A stretch of 64,000 nucleotides of DNA from a bacterium (GTDB taxonomy: Bacteria > UBA8248 > JACPRG01 > G963555815): assembly GCA_965261595.1 (NCBI GenBank), contig CBDHDG010000005.1, positions 512,001-576,000 of the forward strand. Direction: 5' to 3'. The position numbers and the translations under genes were made by a program. How positions within the stretch are numbered: the first letter of the stretch is position 1; the number at the start of each line of letters is the position of its first letter. Below, in pieces: positions 25,701-36,235 of this stretch. The notes beneath the pieces were generated by a model. The model was not told where the DNA came from and made no database searches. It saw only the letters and a program-made list of their open reading frames with translations.

Positions 25701-25751
25701 CAAGGGGTCGCCGACCCCAAGGGTCCGCTGACCCCAAGGGTCCGCCGACCC
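25701..25751 (+). repeat. Three tandem 17-bp units, each a mini-hairpin
   Basis: CAAGGGGTCGCCGACCC / CAAGGGTCCGCTGACCC / CAAGGGTCCGCCGACCC. Confidence 0.85.
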
Positions 25752-25793
25752 GCGGTCGAGAGAGAATGTCCGGCTGTTCTCAGGCCTCGCGCC

Positions 25794-26540
25794 TCAATGA
25801 CAGATCCGTCCCCCATTGACCAGAAAAGTCTGGCCCGTGATGAAGCCCGCCCGCTCGGACGTGAGGAAGGCCGCCAGCTCGGCGATGTCCTCGGGCAGGC
25901 CGATCCGGCCCATCGGCACTTGCGAGGCGATCGAAGCCTGAAATTCAGGGTCCAGATACCTTCCGCCTCCGATTCCCGTGGCCGTTACGCCGGGCGAGAC
26001 GCAATTGACTCGAATGTCGGGCGCCAACTGGAGCGCGAGCCACTGGGTCATCATCACCCGGCCGCTTGCGGCTACGTGATAGGGAAGGCTCTGGTTCTTG
26101 GGATGAAAGGCCATCTCGGAGCCGATGTTCAGGATGACCCCGCCGCCCGATCGCCGCATCCCGGGAACGGCTTCGCGGGTGCAGAGAAAGTGGCCTTTCA
26201 GGTTGACCGCCAGAATCCTATCCCAAAGCGCTTCGGTGACATCCTCGAAATTCGGGGCGAGAGGCGCGATGCCCGCGTTGTTGATCAAGACTGTGGGCGG
26301 GCCCAGGGAATCCTCCACGGCGCGGAAGATGGAGGCTACGTCCTCCGGGATGGAGATGTCTCCCGCGACCGCGACGGCCCGGACGCCCGTCTCGCGCGCT
26401 TCCCCGGCGGCTTCCTCCGCTTCTCGCCGGCCTGTCCGGTAATGAAAGGCCACGTCGAGCCCCTCGCGCCCGAGCCGCAGCGCGATGGACCGCCCGATGC
26501 CGCCGCTTGCCCCGGTGACGAGGGCCACTGGGTTGTCCAT
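25794..26540 (-). CDS. SDR-family oxidoreductase (FabG-like), catalytic Lys absent
   Basis: TGASGGIG, NNAG, IRVNCVSPG, FITGQTFLVNGG; YHVAA in place of YxxxK. Confidence 0.9.
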   Translation of the reverse strand: MDNPVALVTGASGGIGRSIALRLGREGLDVAFHYRTGRREAEEAAGEARETGVRAVAVAGDISIPEDVASIFRAVEDSLGPPTVLINNAGIAPLAPNFEDVTEALWDRILAVNLKGHFLCTREAVPGMRRSGGGVILNIGSEMAFHPKNQSLPYHVAASGRVMMTQWLALQLAPDIRVNCVSPGVTATGIGGGRYLDPEFQASIASQVPMGRIGLPEDIAELAAFLTSERAGFITGQTFLVNGGRICH

Positions 26541-26810
26541 CGGATTCCTCCTTCCGTGGGGCGGGTGGTCAAAGATAAAGGGGGTCCATCCTGAAAAAGA
26601 ACGGACCCCCCGGATTCATTCTCGGACGGTGTTTCGGCCTGCGATTGTCTGTGTCTCGTAAGTGGTTTTACATATCGAGATCCGAAGGGTCCCTTGCCCG
26701 CCGGGCAAGGGGTCAATCGACCCAAACGCCCGGCCTACCCGACGGCAGACACCCGGTTTTTTCAAAACAGGTAGGGCGGGCATTTTGACCGCCTTCCCTG
26801 CCACACCGGG

Positions 26811-27944
26811 TCAATCCGCTTTGTTTCGCAGAAAGGTCGGTGTGTCCAGCTCGTCTTCCTCGTAGGGTTGGTAGGCGAGGGAGCCGCTGATCGGCAGGGA
26901 GACGCCGGCGTTGCCGCGGCGTATGTTCGTGGGGATGTCGAGATCCTCGTGGACGACCCTTTTGAGGACTGGCTCGGCGGCCGATTTATCGCCGAAACCG
27001 GTCGCGATCACCGTGACGCGGATTTCGTCTTTCATGCTTTCATCGACCACCGCGCCGAACATGATGTTGGCCTCCTCGTGGGCCGCTTCCTGGATCAACT
27101 GGGCGGCCTCGTGAATTTCATGAAGGGTGATGTCCGGCCCGCCGGTCACGTTGAAGAGGATGCCCCGCGCCCCGTCGATGGCGGCTTCTTCCAGCAGCGG
27201 ACTGGAGATGGCTTGCTGGGCGGCCTCCATGGCCCGGTTTTCGCCCGAGGCCTGGCCGGTCCCCATGAGGGCCATCCCCATCTGGGACATGATGGTTTTG
27301 ACGTCGGCGAAGTCCAGGTTGATCAGCCCCCCTTGCGTGACCAGGTTGGAGATCCCCTCCACCGCCTGGTAGAGCACGTCGTTGGCGATGTTGAAGGCTT
27401 CGGACATCGTCGTGTTCCGCGCCACGACGTTCATCAGGCGCTGGTTGGGAATGGTGATCACGGTGTCGCAGGTCTCTTTGAGCTCCCGCAGCCCGTCTTC
27501 GGCCTGGGCCAGACGCGTCTTTCCCTCGAAGAGGAAGGGTTTTGTCACGACGCCGACCGTTAGGGCGCCGCAGTCCCGGGCGATGCCGGCCACCACGGGA
27601 GCGACGCCCGTTCCCGTGCCCCCGCCCATGCCGGCCGTGATGAACAGCATGTCCGTGCCCACCAGCAGCTCGGCGATGCGCTCGGCGTCTTCCAATGCGG
27701 ACTTCCGCCCCAGCTCCGGGTTGGCCCCGGTCCCGAGTCCTTTGGTGAGCTTGGCGCCCAACTGGAGCTTGACCGGGGCGGTGGAGATTTCCAGGTCCTG
27801 AAGGTCGGTGTTCGCCGCGATGAATTCCACCCCCTTCAGGCCGGCCGCAATCATGGCGTTGACCGCGTTGCCTCCCGCTCCGCCCACGCCAAAGACCTTC
27901 AGCCTCGCGCCCACGTTTCTTTCTTCTTCGAGATCAAATAGCAT
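26811..27944 (-). CDS. ftsZ: Cell division protein FtsZ
   Basis: [29 protein letters not shown]-terminal LDTPTFLR; start MLFDLEEE at 27944. Confidence 0.99.
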   Translation of the reverse strand: MLFDLEEERNVGARLKVFGVGGAGGNAVNAMIAAGLKGVEFIAANTDLQDLEISTAPVKLQLGAKLTKGLGTGANPELGRKSALEDAERIAELLVGTDMLFITAGMGGGTGTGVAPVVAGIARDCGALTVGVVTKPFLFEGKTRLAQAEDGLRELKETCDTVITIPNQRLMNVVARNTTMSEAFNIANDVLYQAVEGISNLVTQGGLINLDFADVKTIMSQMGMALMGTGQASGENRAMEAAQQAISSPLLEEAAIDGARGILFNVTGGPDITLHEIHEAAQLIQEAAHEEANIMFGAVVDESMKDEIRVTVIATGFGDKSAAEPVLKRVVHEDLDIPTNIRRGNAGVSLPISGSLAYQPYEEDELDTPTFLRNKAD

Positions 27945-27991
27945 CGTCTGGCTCCCTGCCTTGTGGTGATTTCCCCCGCTCTCCGGTGAAA

Positions 27992-29233
27992 TCATTGGAA
28001 AACCTTGGATAAGACGGACTTCATTTGCTCGTAGACATCCCCAAAACCGCCCTTGTGGCCGTTACCCCCGAATCCATTGGATGAGACCTCCCGGTTGAGT
28101 CCGTACAGCAAAAGGCCAATCCCCGTCGCGTGAATCGGGCTTCGGACCATCTGCACCAAGCCGCTCCCGACCCCTGCCGGGATCCCCCGGCGCACCGGAA
28201 TGCTCATCGTCTCCTCGGCGACTTCCGGCATCCCTTCGAGGAGGGTGGATCCGCCGGTGATGACGATCCCCGAGGCGATCAAATGGTCACAGCCGCTCTT
28301 TTGAATCTCCCCGCGCACCATCCGGAAGATCTCCTCCACGCGCGGTTCGATGATCTCGCACAGTACGCGGCGGGAGAGGATCCGCGGCTCGCGCCCCCCG
28401 ATGCCCGGAACCTCGATGGTATCGTTGCGGTCGACCAACGCGGCCTGCGCGCACCCGTAACGCCTCTTGATCCGCTCGGCCTCGCCGGTGGGCGTCCGAA
28501 GCCCCACCGCCAGATCCCGGGTGATGTGATCGCCCCCGACCGGGAGGACGGCGGTGTGCTGGATGGCGTGATCATGAAAGATGGCGAGATCGGTCGTGCC
28601 CCCGCCGATGTCCAACACGCCGACGCCCAACTCCCGCTCGTCATCGGTGAGGCAAGACAGCGAAGAGGCCAACTGCTCCAGGACCAGCCCTTTCGCCCGC
28701 AGGCCCGCTTGCTCGACGCTGCGCGTCAGGTTCTTGGCGGCTGTCACGGAGGCCGTGACAAGATGGGCCCTGCCTTCCAGCCGCACCCCCGAGATCCCCA
28801 GGGGATCCTGGATGCCGTCCTGATTGTCCACAATGTAGCTCTGCGGGAGGACGTGGATGAGCTGCTGATCGACCGGCATGCTCACGGCCTGCGCGGCGTC
28901 CAAAACGCGCTCGATGTCGTCTTGGGCCACCTCCGGGCCGCGAACCGCCACGGTCCCGTGGCTGTTGTAGCTGCGGATGTGGCTCCCGGCGATCCCCACG
29001 TAGACTTCGAAGACGGGGACATTGGCCATCCGCTGGGCCTCCCCCACGGCGGAGATGATGGACTCCACCGTCCGCTCGATGTTGACCACCATGCCCTTGC
29101 GGAGGCCCTGGGAGGGATGGGTCCCCACGCCCAGGATGTCCAGAAGACCGTCCTCTCCCCGCTCCGAGATCAAGGCGCACGTCTTCGTCGTCCCGATGTC
29201 CAGGGCGACGATGTACTCTCCTTTTTTGCTCAT
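27992..29233 (-). CDS. ftsA: Cell division protein FtsA
   Basis: [36 protein letters not shown]-terminal amphipathic helix. Confidence 0.98.
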   Translation of the reverse strand: MSKKGEYIVALDIGTTKTCALISERGEDGLLDILGVGTHPSQGLRKGMVVNIERTVESIISAVGEAQRMANVPVFEVYVGIAGSHIRSYNSHGTVAVRGPEVAQDDIERVLDAAQAVSMPVDQQLIHVLPQSYIVDNQDGIQDPLGISGVRLEGRAHLVTASVTAAKNLTRSVEQAGLRAKGLVLEQLASSLSCLTDDERELGVGVLDIGGGTTDLAIFHDHAIQHTAVLPVGGDHITRDLAVGLRTPTGEAERIKRRYGCAQAALVDRNDTIEVPGIGGREPRILSRRVLCEIIEPRVEEIFRMVRGEIQKSGCDHLIASGIVITGGSTLLEGMPEVAEETMSIPVRRGIPAGVGSGLVQMVRSPIHATGIGLLLYGLNREVSSNGFGGNGHKGGFGDVYEQMKSVLSKVFQ

Positions 29234-30144
29234 TTTTTGTGCCTTTCCGGGCGACGGGCCGATGACCGCACGACCACCCGGCTCCCCATGGAGAGGTCCG
29301 CCTTACCCGGCCAGGGTTTCTCTCCCCGCCGCTCGAGGAGGAAGGCGAACCGCCTCAACCCTTGCTCCATGTCCCGGGGAGAGAGCCGGACCCAAACCGT
29401 CCGCCCCCTCGACCCCAGAAGGTTCATCGAAATCCTTTCCTTGCCCGGGTGACCGCTCAGATCCACCGCCGCCAGCCGGACCCCGCCCTTTCGGTCCGGG
29501 GGCCAGACGGCGAGATAGGCCCGAATGGCGGCCAACCCCGTCTCGATCGTCTTGCCCGAGAGCGGCCGGCCGGCCCGCGGGGGCTTCGGGGCGCCGCTTA
29601 CGTCGGGACCCCGCAGGACCGGGAGACCCTTCCAGCCTCCCTCCCCCCCCTCGGCCAGGATGACGCCCTCCGCGTCGATCAGGCGCGCCCCCCGGCCTCT
29701 GTCGCCCGTTGGGAAATACACGGCCCAGGGCTTCCTTTCGACCACTTCGACCCGCAGGACGCCGGGGAGATCGCGGGAGAGCGAAGCCGAACGGACCCAG
29801 GGATGGCTCTCTATCCTCCGCCGAAGGGTCTCAAAATCAGCCGCCAGAAGGTTGTCCGTTCTCCGAAGCCCGAGGCGGGCCTTCACGACCGACCGGCTCA
29901 GGTGGGCCGTTCCCGAGACCCTCACCTCCCTCACACGAAAGTAAGGGGAGGCGAGCGACCCACGGTAAAGGGCGTTCGCCCCGCCCAACAGGGCGAGTGC
30001 GGCGGCCCCGCCGCCCGCCGCCAGAAGCCAGACCCGCCGGAACCGGCCTCGGGCGGGATCTTTGGAGAGGGCGGCCGCTTTGGTTTGCGATGGGGTCCGG
30101 CGCCGGACTCCTCCGGCCGGGGTCGCGACGGCGCTTGATCTCAT
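29230..30144 (-). CDS. ftsQ: Cell division protein FtsQ/DivIB
   Basis: Single TM helix, POTRA domain (FRVREVRVSG...HPWVRSASLSRDLPGVLRVEVVER); position before ftsA. Confidence 0.88.
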   Translation of the reverse strand: MRSSAVATPAGGVRRRTPSQTKAAALSKDPARGRFRRVWLLAAGGGAAALALLGGANALYRGSLASPYFRVREVRVSGTAHLSRSVVKARLGLRRTDNLLAADFETLRRRIESHPWVRSASLSRDLPGVLRVEVVERKPWAVYFPTGDRGRGARLIDAEGVILAEGGEGGWKGLPVLRGPDVSGAPKPPRAGRPLSGKTIETGLAAIRAYLAVWPPDRKGGVRLAAVDLSGHPGKERISMNLLGSRGRTVWVRLSPRDMEQGLRRFAFLLERRGEKPWPGKADLSMGSRVVVRSSARRPERHKK

Positions 30145-30159
30145 GCCGGACGCTTCTCC

Positions 30160-31104
30160 TCACGCCTCATGGTCCGGCTCTCCCATCCGGTGAATCTCCA
30201 GCTCCAGCTCGGTCCCGATCCGGCGCCGGATCTCGAGGACCAGCCGCTCCACGTCCCGGGCCGTGGCCTGGCCGTGGTTCACGATGAAGTTTGCGTGGAC
30301 GGTGGAGATTTCCGCGTCTCCCGCCTTGAGACCTTTGAGGCCCGCCTCCTGGATCTGGCGGCCGATCGATTCACCGGGCGGGTTTTTGAAGACCGACCCG
30401 GCGCTCGACTGGTGCAGGGGCTGCGTCTTCCGCCGCTCCCGCACGCGGTTTCGGATGTCGGCGAGCGCCTCCTTGCGCGGCCGGTTTACGCACCGGAAGG
30501 ATCCGCCCACGACAGCGCCCGCGACAGGGTAGGCCGTCCGCCGGTATCGGAACCCGATTTTCTCTCCCGGCACCAGCCAGAACCGGCCCTCGCCGTCCAC
30601 CAGCTCGACGGACTCGACCACGTCGCCGATGAACTCCGTCGTTGTCCCGCTGTTCATGATGAGCGCGCCCCCCACGGTGCCCGGGACGCCCGCGAGGAAT
30701 TCCAGACCCCCCAGGTCGGCTTGGGCCGTCTTGCGGAGCAGGTCACCGATTTGGGCGCCGGCGCCGGCGGAAACCACCCCCCCGGCGTTTGTGCGCGACG
30801 TGACCTTCACCTCGTCGAACCCCTTGCCGAGCGTCACGACAATCCCCCGGAACCCCCGGTCGGAAACCAGGAGATTGGTCCCCCCGCCCACCACGCGGAT
30901 GGGAATGCGCTCGGCGTTTCCACGGGCCAGGATCTCCTGAAGGGCGTCCAGGTCCTCCGGCTCGACCAAGGCGTCGGCTCTCCCGCCGATGCGGTAGGAC
31001 GTCCGGTCCCGCATGGGCGCATCCACGCGGACGCGGGCTTTGACGTTGTTCAACCAGCTCAACCAGGTTTCCCGATCCATGAGGTTCTCAAGCCGCCTCG
31101 CCAC
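30160..31104 (-). CDS. murB: UDP-N-acetylenolpyruvoylglucosamine reductase
   Basis: TSYRIGG, GGGTNLLV, GVPGTVGGALIMN, SAGSVFKNP, HANFIVN. Confidence 0.97.
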   Translation of the reverse strand: MARRLENLMDRETWLSWLNNVKARVRVDAPMRDRTSYRIGGRADALVEPEDLDALQEILARGNAERIPIRVVGGGTNLLVSDRGFRGIVVTLGKGFDEVKVTSRTNAGGVVSAGAGAQIGDLLRKTAQADLGGLEFLAGVPGTVGGALIMNSGTTTEFIGDVVESVELVDGEGRFWLVPGEKIGFRYRRTAYPVAGAVVGGSFRCVNRPRKEALADIRNRVRERRKTQPLHQSSAGSVFKNPPGESIGRQIQEAGLKGLKAGDAEISTVHANFIVNHGQATARDVERLVLEIRRRIGTELELEIHRMGEPDHEA

Positions 31105-32593
31105 CCGCCGCGGACGGGCGGTCTCGCTGTCCGGATTCTCCGCCGGAACGCTTCCCCCCCCCGCCCCCCCTCCCCCGCCCGGCGGCGGGGGCCTCTTGAA
31201 GCCGCTTCACGAAAGCGGGGGCCGCCTTCCAGATGTCCCCGGCGCCCAGGGTGATGAGGAGATCGCCCGCCCGGACGCAATCCATGAGAAAGCCCTGGGC
31301 CTCCTCCAACCCGTCGACGCTGTCCGCCTCCACCGTCTTCCGGGCGCGAACGCCCTCGAGGATCCGGCCGGCGTTGACGTGGGGGATGGGCTTCTCGCCC
31401 GCCGGGTAGATGGGCAGGATCCCCAGCCGGTCGGCCTGATCGAACGCGTCGAAGAATTCCTCCAGGATGTCCCGCGTCCGGCTGTACCGGTGGGGCTGGA
31501 ACAGCACGACGATCCTCCGATTCGGCCAGGCCTCCCGGGCGGCCGACAGGACGGCGCGGATCTCCTTGGGGTGATGGCCGTAGTCGTCCACCACGGTGAC
31601 GCCGTTCACCTCGCCGATTTGCTCGAATCGGCGGTGGATGCCGCTGAATTCCTCCAGGGCTTTGCCGATCGGCCCGGCGCCGATGCCGAGCTCGGTCGCG
31701 ACCGCAACGGCCGCCATGGCGTTGGAAACGTTGTGCGAGCCCCGCAATCGGATGTTCATGCGGCCTATCCGCCGGTCCCCCTGAAAGGCCGTAAAGGTCA
31801 TGCCGTCGGGGACGGGCTCGACGTCGCGGGCCGTGTAGTCGGCGCCCTCCTCGAGGCCGTACGTCACCGACTTGCGCTCGATCTCGGGGATCATGTTCCG
31901 GATGTGTTCGTCGTCGGCGCAGAGCAGGGAGAATCCGTAAAAGGGGACCTTGTTGACGAACTCCCGGAACGCCTCCCGGATGGCGTCGAACGTTCCGTAG
32001 TGATCCAGGTGCTCGGCGTCGAGGTTCGTCACAATGGCCACGGTGGGCGTCAGCCGGAGGAAGGACCCGTCGCTTTCATCGGCTTCGGCCACCAGGTACT
32101 CTCCGCGTCCCAGGCGGGCGTTGCCCCCAAGGCTGTTCACGCGGCCCCCCACAATCGTTGTCGGGTCGAGGCCGCCTTCCGCCAGCACGGCCGCGACCAG
32201 TGAGGTCGTGGTGGTTTTCCCGTGCGCGCCGGCCACCGCCACGCCGTACTTCATCCGCATCAGCTCGGCCAGGATCTCGGCCCGGGGAATGACGGGGATG
32301 TTCCGGCCCCGCGCCGCCGACACCTCCGGGTTGGAGGCCGAAACCGCCGAGGAATAAACCAGGACGTCGACTTCTCCGATCTGCTCGGCGTGATGACCGT
32401 GGTGGATCTTCGCCCCCAGACCGGCCAGCCGCTGTGTGGTCTCCGATTCGGTGATGTCCGAACCGCTGACGTTGTAACCCAGGTTCATGAGAAGCTCGGC
32501 CAGGCCGGACATGCCCGCCCCGCCGATGCCGACGAAGTGTATTCGGCGGCAGCGGGTGAGAAACGGGTGGTTCTCAATGGGGGTCGCGATCAT
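31088..32593 (-). CDS. murC: UDP-N-acetylmuramate--L-alanine ligase
   Basis: HFVGIGGAGMSG, GAHGKTTTT, EADESDGSF, DDYGHHP, FQPHRYSR. Confidence 0.98.
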   Translation of the reverse strand: MIATPIENHPFLTRCRRIHFVGIGGAGMSGLAELLMNLGYNVSGSDITESETTQRLAGLGAKIHHGHHAEQIGEVDVLVYSSAVSASNPEVSAARGRNIPVIPRAEILAELMRMKYGVAVAGAHGKTTTTSLVAAVLAEGGLDPTTIVGGRVNSLGGNARLGRGEYLVAEADESDGSFLRLTPTVAIVTNLDAEHLDHYGTFDAIREAFREFVNKVPFYGFSLLCADDEHIRNMIPEIERKSVTYGLEEGADYTARDVEPVPDGMTFTAFQGDRRIGRMNIRLRGSHNVSNAMAAVAVATELGIGAGPIGKALEEFSGIHRRFEQIGEVNGVTVVDDYGHHPKEIRAVLSAAREAWPNRRIVVLFQPHRYSRTRDILEEFFDAFDQADRLGILPIYPAGEKPIPHVNAGRILEGVRARKTVEADSVDGLEEAQGFLMDCVRAGDLLITLGAGDIWKAAPAFVKRLQEAPAAGRGRGGGGGKRSGGESGQRDRPSAAGGEAA

Positions 32594-33704
32594 CGGGTTC
32601 TCCTCCGTCCGCGACGGACCGGCACAACCGGGCGATCCTCGCCGCGGCGCCCGGCATCGCTTTCGCGCGTCCCGCGGCCGACATGGCCCTGAGCCGGGCG
32701 GGGTCTTCCAGCAGGGCCGCCGCTTCGCCGCCCAGGCGCGCTTCGAGCTCCTCTTGGGGAATCGTCAAGGCCGCCCCCGCGGCGGCCGCCGCGTTCGCCG
32801 CTTGATGGTGATCGGCCCCCGCCGGCATCGGGACGAGAATCGCCGGAACACCGGCCGCCATGAGCTCCGAGACGGTTACGGCGCCGGCCCGGGCGATGGC
32901 CAGATCCGCTTTGCGGTAGGCCGCGGCCATGTCCTCCAGAAACGGCGAGACTTCCGCGTCGAAGCCGGCCTCCCGGTGCGCCCGCCGGACCGATTCGGCG
33001 TCCGCCTCCCCCGTGACGTGAATCACGGACACGCTCAGTCCCCGGGCCTTCCAGGCGGGCAGGGCCCGGCAAAGGGCTTCGTTGAGCGCATGAGACCCCT
33101 GGCTTCCCCCGAAGACGAGGAGCGTCGGGGGCGATCCGGACGCGGGGTCCGCTTCCCTCTCCCCCCCCCCCTCCGATCGGGTTTCGGCGGCCAGGGCTTC
33201 GATCTCGGGACGCAGGGGAACCCCCGTCACCACGCAATGCGTCCGGCCGAGGAGGTCTTGGGCTTCGGGAAACCCCAGCGCCGCGGCCTTCGCGAACCTC
33301 GACAGAAACCGGTTGGCCGCGCCGGGATGCGCGTTTTGTTCCATCAGGACAACGGGACGGCCGGTGCACCACGCCGCCAGGACCGCCGGCGCGCTCGCGT
33401 AGCCGCCGACGCCCAAGACCACCCGGGGCCGGAATCGAAAGAGGATCCAGAAGGACGCCGCCACCCCCCCGAGAAGCAGGACCGCCGAGCGCAGCCGTTC
33501 GCTGAAGGTCTTCCCCTTGAGGCCGCCCGCCGGAATCAGGCGGTGGGGAAGTCCGGAGGGGCCGAGGAGTTTGCGGTCCAAAGGCCGCCTTGCCCCGACG
33601 AGCAGGACTTCCGCGCCCGCGTGCGTCTCCAGCCAGGTTCGGGCGACGGTCATCGCCGGGACCAGGTGTCCTCCCGTGCCGCCGCCCGCGATGAGGATCT
33701 TCAA
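32574..33704 (-). CDS. murG: Lipid II GlcNAc transferase MurG
   Basis: GGGTGGH, GGYAS, EQNAHPG, GGSQGS, RAGAVTVSE, HQAANA. Confidence 0.98.
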   Translation of the reverse strand: MKILIAGGGTGGHLVPAMTVARTWLETHAGAEVLLVGARRPLDRKLLGPSGLPHRLIPAGGLKGKTFSERLRSAVLLLGGVAASFWILFRFRPRVVLGVGGYASAPAVLAAWCTGRPVVLMEQNAHPGAANRFLSRFAKAAALGFPEAQDLLGRTHCVVTGVPLRPEIEALAAETRSEGGGEREADPASGSPPTLLVFGGSQGSHALNEALCRALPAWKARGLSVSVIHVTGEADAESVRRAHREAGFDAEVSPFLEDMAAAYRKADLAIARAGAVTVSELMAAGVPAILVPMPAGADHHQAANAAAAAGAALTIPQEELEARLGGEAAALLEDPARLRAMSAAGRAKAMPGAAARIARLCRSVADGGEPDDRDPH

Positions 33705-33719
33705 GGTTCGACTCCCGGT

Positions 33720-34841
33720 TCATGACGCCCGGCCCCCTCCGGGGTTTCGGGCCCCCACGCTCAACAAAACGCCCGCGCCCGCCATGGCCGCCACAAGCGA
33801 CGATCCCCCGGCGCTGAAGAACGGCAGGGGCATTCCCTTGGTGGGAAGCAGCCCGGACACCACGCCCAGGTTCGCCAGGGCCTGAAGGCCTATCCAGGAA
33901 GTGAAGCCGGCCGCCAGATAGGCGCCGAACGGGTCCGGACAGGATGTGGCCAACCGGGAGGTCCTCCACAGGAGAACGCCGAACAAGGCCAGGATGAGGC
34001 CCGCCCCGATCAGCCCGAGCTCTTCGCCCACCACGGCGAAGATGAAATCCGTATGCGGGGCCGGAAGAAAGAGGAGCTTGGCCTTGCCCCGCATCAACCC
34101 TTCGCCGGTCCAGCCCCCTTGCGCGAGGGAGAGATAGGATTGGACCATCTGGTATCCCGATCCTTCCGCGTCCGCCCAGGGGTCGAGAAAGCTTAGCAGC
34201 CGTCTCCTGCGGTACGCCGCCGAGACCAAGAAAGCGGCGAGGAAGGGGAGGGCGGCGGCCAGGATTGCTCCCAGGTGGAGGGGCCTTGTGCCCGCCAGGA
34301 ACAGGAGCGTGATCGCGACGCCCAGAAGAAGGAGGCCCGACCCGACGTCCGGCTGGAGCATCACCAGAACGGACAAGGCGCCCGCCATGCCGATGGCGGG
34401 GAGCAGGCCGAATCCTATCTCCCGGATCCGATCGCCCTTGAGGGCGAGAAGGTGGGCCATCAGGACCACCAGAATGAATTTCACCGGTTCCACCGGCTGG
34501 ACGGAGAAATCTCCCAGGCGCAACCAGCGGCGCGCGCCCCCGGCCTCCGCGCCCCAGCCGGGGATCAAGACGACTGACAGGGCCAAGAGCGAGAGTCCCA
34601 AGAGGGGATAGGCGGCCCGGCGCCAGAGCGCATAATGGATTCGGGAAAACGCGAACAAGACTCCCAGCCCCACAACCGCATACGCGATCTGCCGCTTCAG
34701 GAAGTAGGCCGAATCTCCGTATCGCTCAAGCGCCAGGACGGCGCTGGCGCTGTAGACCATGACCACCCCCGCGCTCACAAGGGCCAGGACCGCTCCGAGA
34801 AGCCAGGGGTCGGGCCGGTGGCCGGCTCGGGTTGCGCTCAT
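33720..34841 (-). CDS. ftsW: SEDS peptidoglycan glycosyltransferase FtsW
   Basis: MVYSAS, GARRW, QPD, GYQ, HTDFIFAVVGEELG, PTKGMPLPFFSAGGSS; ATG at 34841 overlaps the murD stop. Confidence 0.97.
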   Translation of the reverse strand: MSATRAGHRPDPWLLGAVLALVSAGVVMVYSASAVLALERYGDSAYFLKRQIAYAVVGLGVLFAFSRIHYALWRRAAYPLLGLSLLALSVVLIPGWGAEAGGARRWLRLGDFSVQPVEPVKFILVVLMAHLLALKGDRIREIGFGLLPAIGMAGALSVLVMLQPDVGSGLLLLGVAITLLFLAGTRPLHLGAILAAALPFLAAFLVSAAYRRRRLLSFLDPWADAEGSGYQMVQSYLSLAQGGWTGEGLMRGKAKLLFLPAPHTDFIFAVVGEELGLIGAGLILALFGVLLWRTSRLATSCPDPFGAYLAAGFTSWIGLQALANLGVVSGLLPTKGMPLPFFSAGGSSLVAAMAGAGVLLSVGARNPGGGRAS

Positions 34842-36196
34842 GGCGTCAGGTTCTCCACTTCGGCCTCGAATCGCCGGCCCCGATCTTCGTAATCGGCGAA
34901 CATGTCGAAGCTGGCGCACGCCGGGGACAGGAGGACCACGTCTCCGGGCCGGCCCCGGTCGTCCGCCGCCCGGACGGCCTCCGCCATGGATTCGGCCTCG
35001 ACGCAATCCGCCAGGCCCGCAAAAGCGGACCGGAACCGCGTCCTCGATTCCCCGATGAGGATCAGGGTTTTCACCCGGTCCCGGACGAGCGGCCTCAGCG
35101 GCGTCAGGTCGCCGGCCTTGTCGCGGCCGCCGGCGATGAGAATGATCGGGTCGGAGAAGCTCTCGATGGAGCGGACGGCGGCCCCGACGTTTGTCCCCTT
35201 GGAATCGTTGTACCAGCGGACGCCCCGCCGCTCCCGGACCAGCGTCAGGCGGTGTTCGATGGGCCGGACCCCTCTCAGGGCGCGGCCCATGGTCTCCGCC
35301 GGGACGCCGCACAGCGAGGAGACGGCGATGGCCGCCAGGGCGTTCTCGACGTTGTGGACGCCGTGAAGCGGGAGGGCGTCACGCTCGACAACGCTCTCGG
35401 ACGCGCCGCCGTTACGCCGGACGAGGCGCCCTTCCTCCAGGCAGGCCCCGTCGGTCACGAGCGCCCGCAGGCTGAAGAACCGGACCCGGGACGCGGTTTC
35501 CCCGGCGAAGGCCCGCACCCGCTCATCGTCCGCGTTCAGGACCAGGTGGTCTTCAGCCCGTTGGGCGGTGAAGATCCGCCGTTTCCAGCCGACGTATTCT
35601 TCCAGGTCCCGGTGCCGGTCCAGGTGATCGGGTGTGATGTTGGTGATGACGGCGATGTGGGGCCGGAAGGTCTCGACCCATTCCAGTTGGAAGCTGCTCA
35701 CCTCGACCACGATGAAGTCCGGGGGGTCGTCCTCGGCCAGGGCGGCGATGAAGGGGGCGCCGATGTTTCCCGCCGCCGGGGCGCGGCGCCCGCCCGCTTC
35801 GAGCAGGGTTTGGATCAGGCCGGCCGTGGTCGTCTTCCCGTTCGTCCCGGTCACCCCGATGACGGGGGTCCGGCAGAAGCGGAAGGCGAGCTCGATCTCG
35901 CTCAGGACGGGCACGCCGGCGGCGGCGGCGCGCGCCAGCAGGGGGTGATCGCGCGGAACGCCGGGACTGACCACGATGCCTTCGGTCTCTTCGAACAGGG
36001 CCGCGGGGTGGCCGCCCACGGCGCGTGCGACCCCGGCGGGAAGCCGGGAGAGGATGTCGGCCAGCTCCGCCTCGGGCCGCTGGTCCGTCACGGTGACCCG
36101 GGCGCCGCGGTCCGCCAGGAACCGTGCGGCGGCCTCTCCCGTCCGGGCCAGGCCCATGACCGTATAGCGCTGTCCCCGAACATCGGGTTCCATCAC
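34838..36196 (-). CDS. murD: UDP-MurNAc-L-Ala--D-glutamate ligase
   Basis: VVSPGVP, TGTNGKTTT, EVSSFQLE, NDSKGTN, LLSPACASFDMF. Confidence 0.98.
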   Translation of the reverse strand: MMEPDVRGQRYTVMGLARTGEAAARFLADRGARVTVTDQRPEAELADILSRLPAGVARAVGGHPAALFEETEGIVVSPGVPRDHPLLARAAAAGVPVLSEIELAFRFCRTPVIGVTGTNGKTTTAGLIQTLLEAGGRRAPAAGNIGAPFIAALAEDDPPDFIVVEVSSFQLEWVETFRPHIAVITNITPDHLDRHRDLEEYVGWKRRIFTAQRAEDHLVLNADDERVRAFAGETASRVRFFSLRALVTDGACLEEGRLVRRNGGASESVVERDALPLHGVHNVENALAAIAVSSLCGVPAETMGRALRGVRPIEHRLTLVRERRGVRWYNDSKGTNVGAAVRSIESFSDPIILIAGGRDKAGDLTPLRPLVRDRVKTLILIGESRTRFRSAFAGLADCVEAESMAEAVRAADDRGRPGDVVLLSPACASFDMFADYEDRGRRFEAEVENLTP

Positions 36197-36235
36197 GGGG
36201 GGGGGGGCGCCATGAGGCTCATCCTTTCGTCCCGG

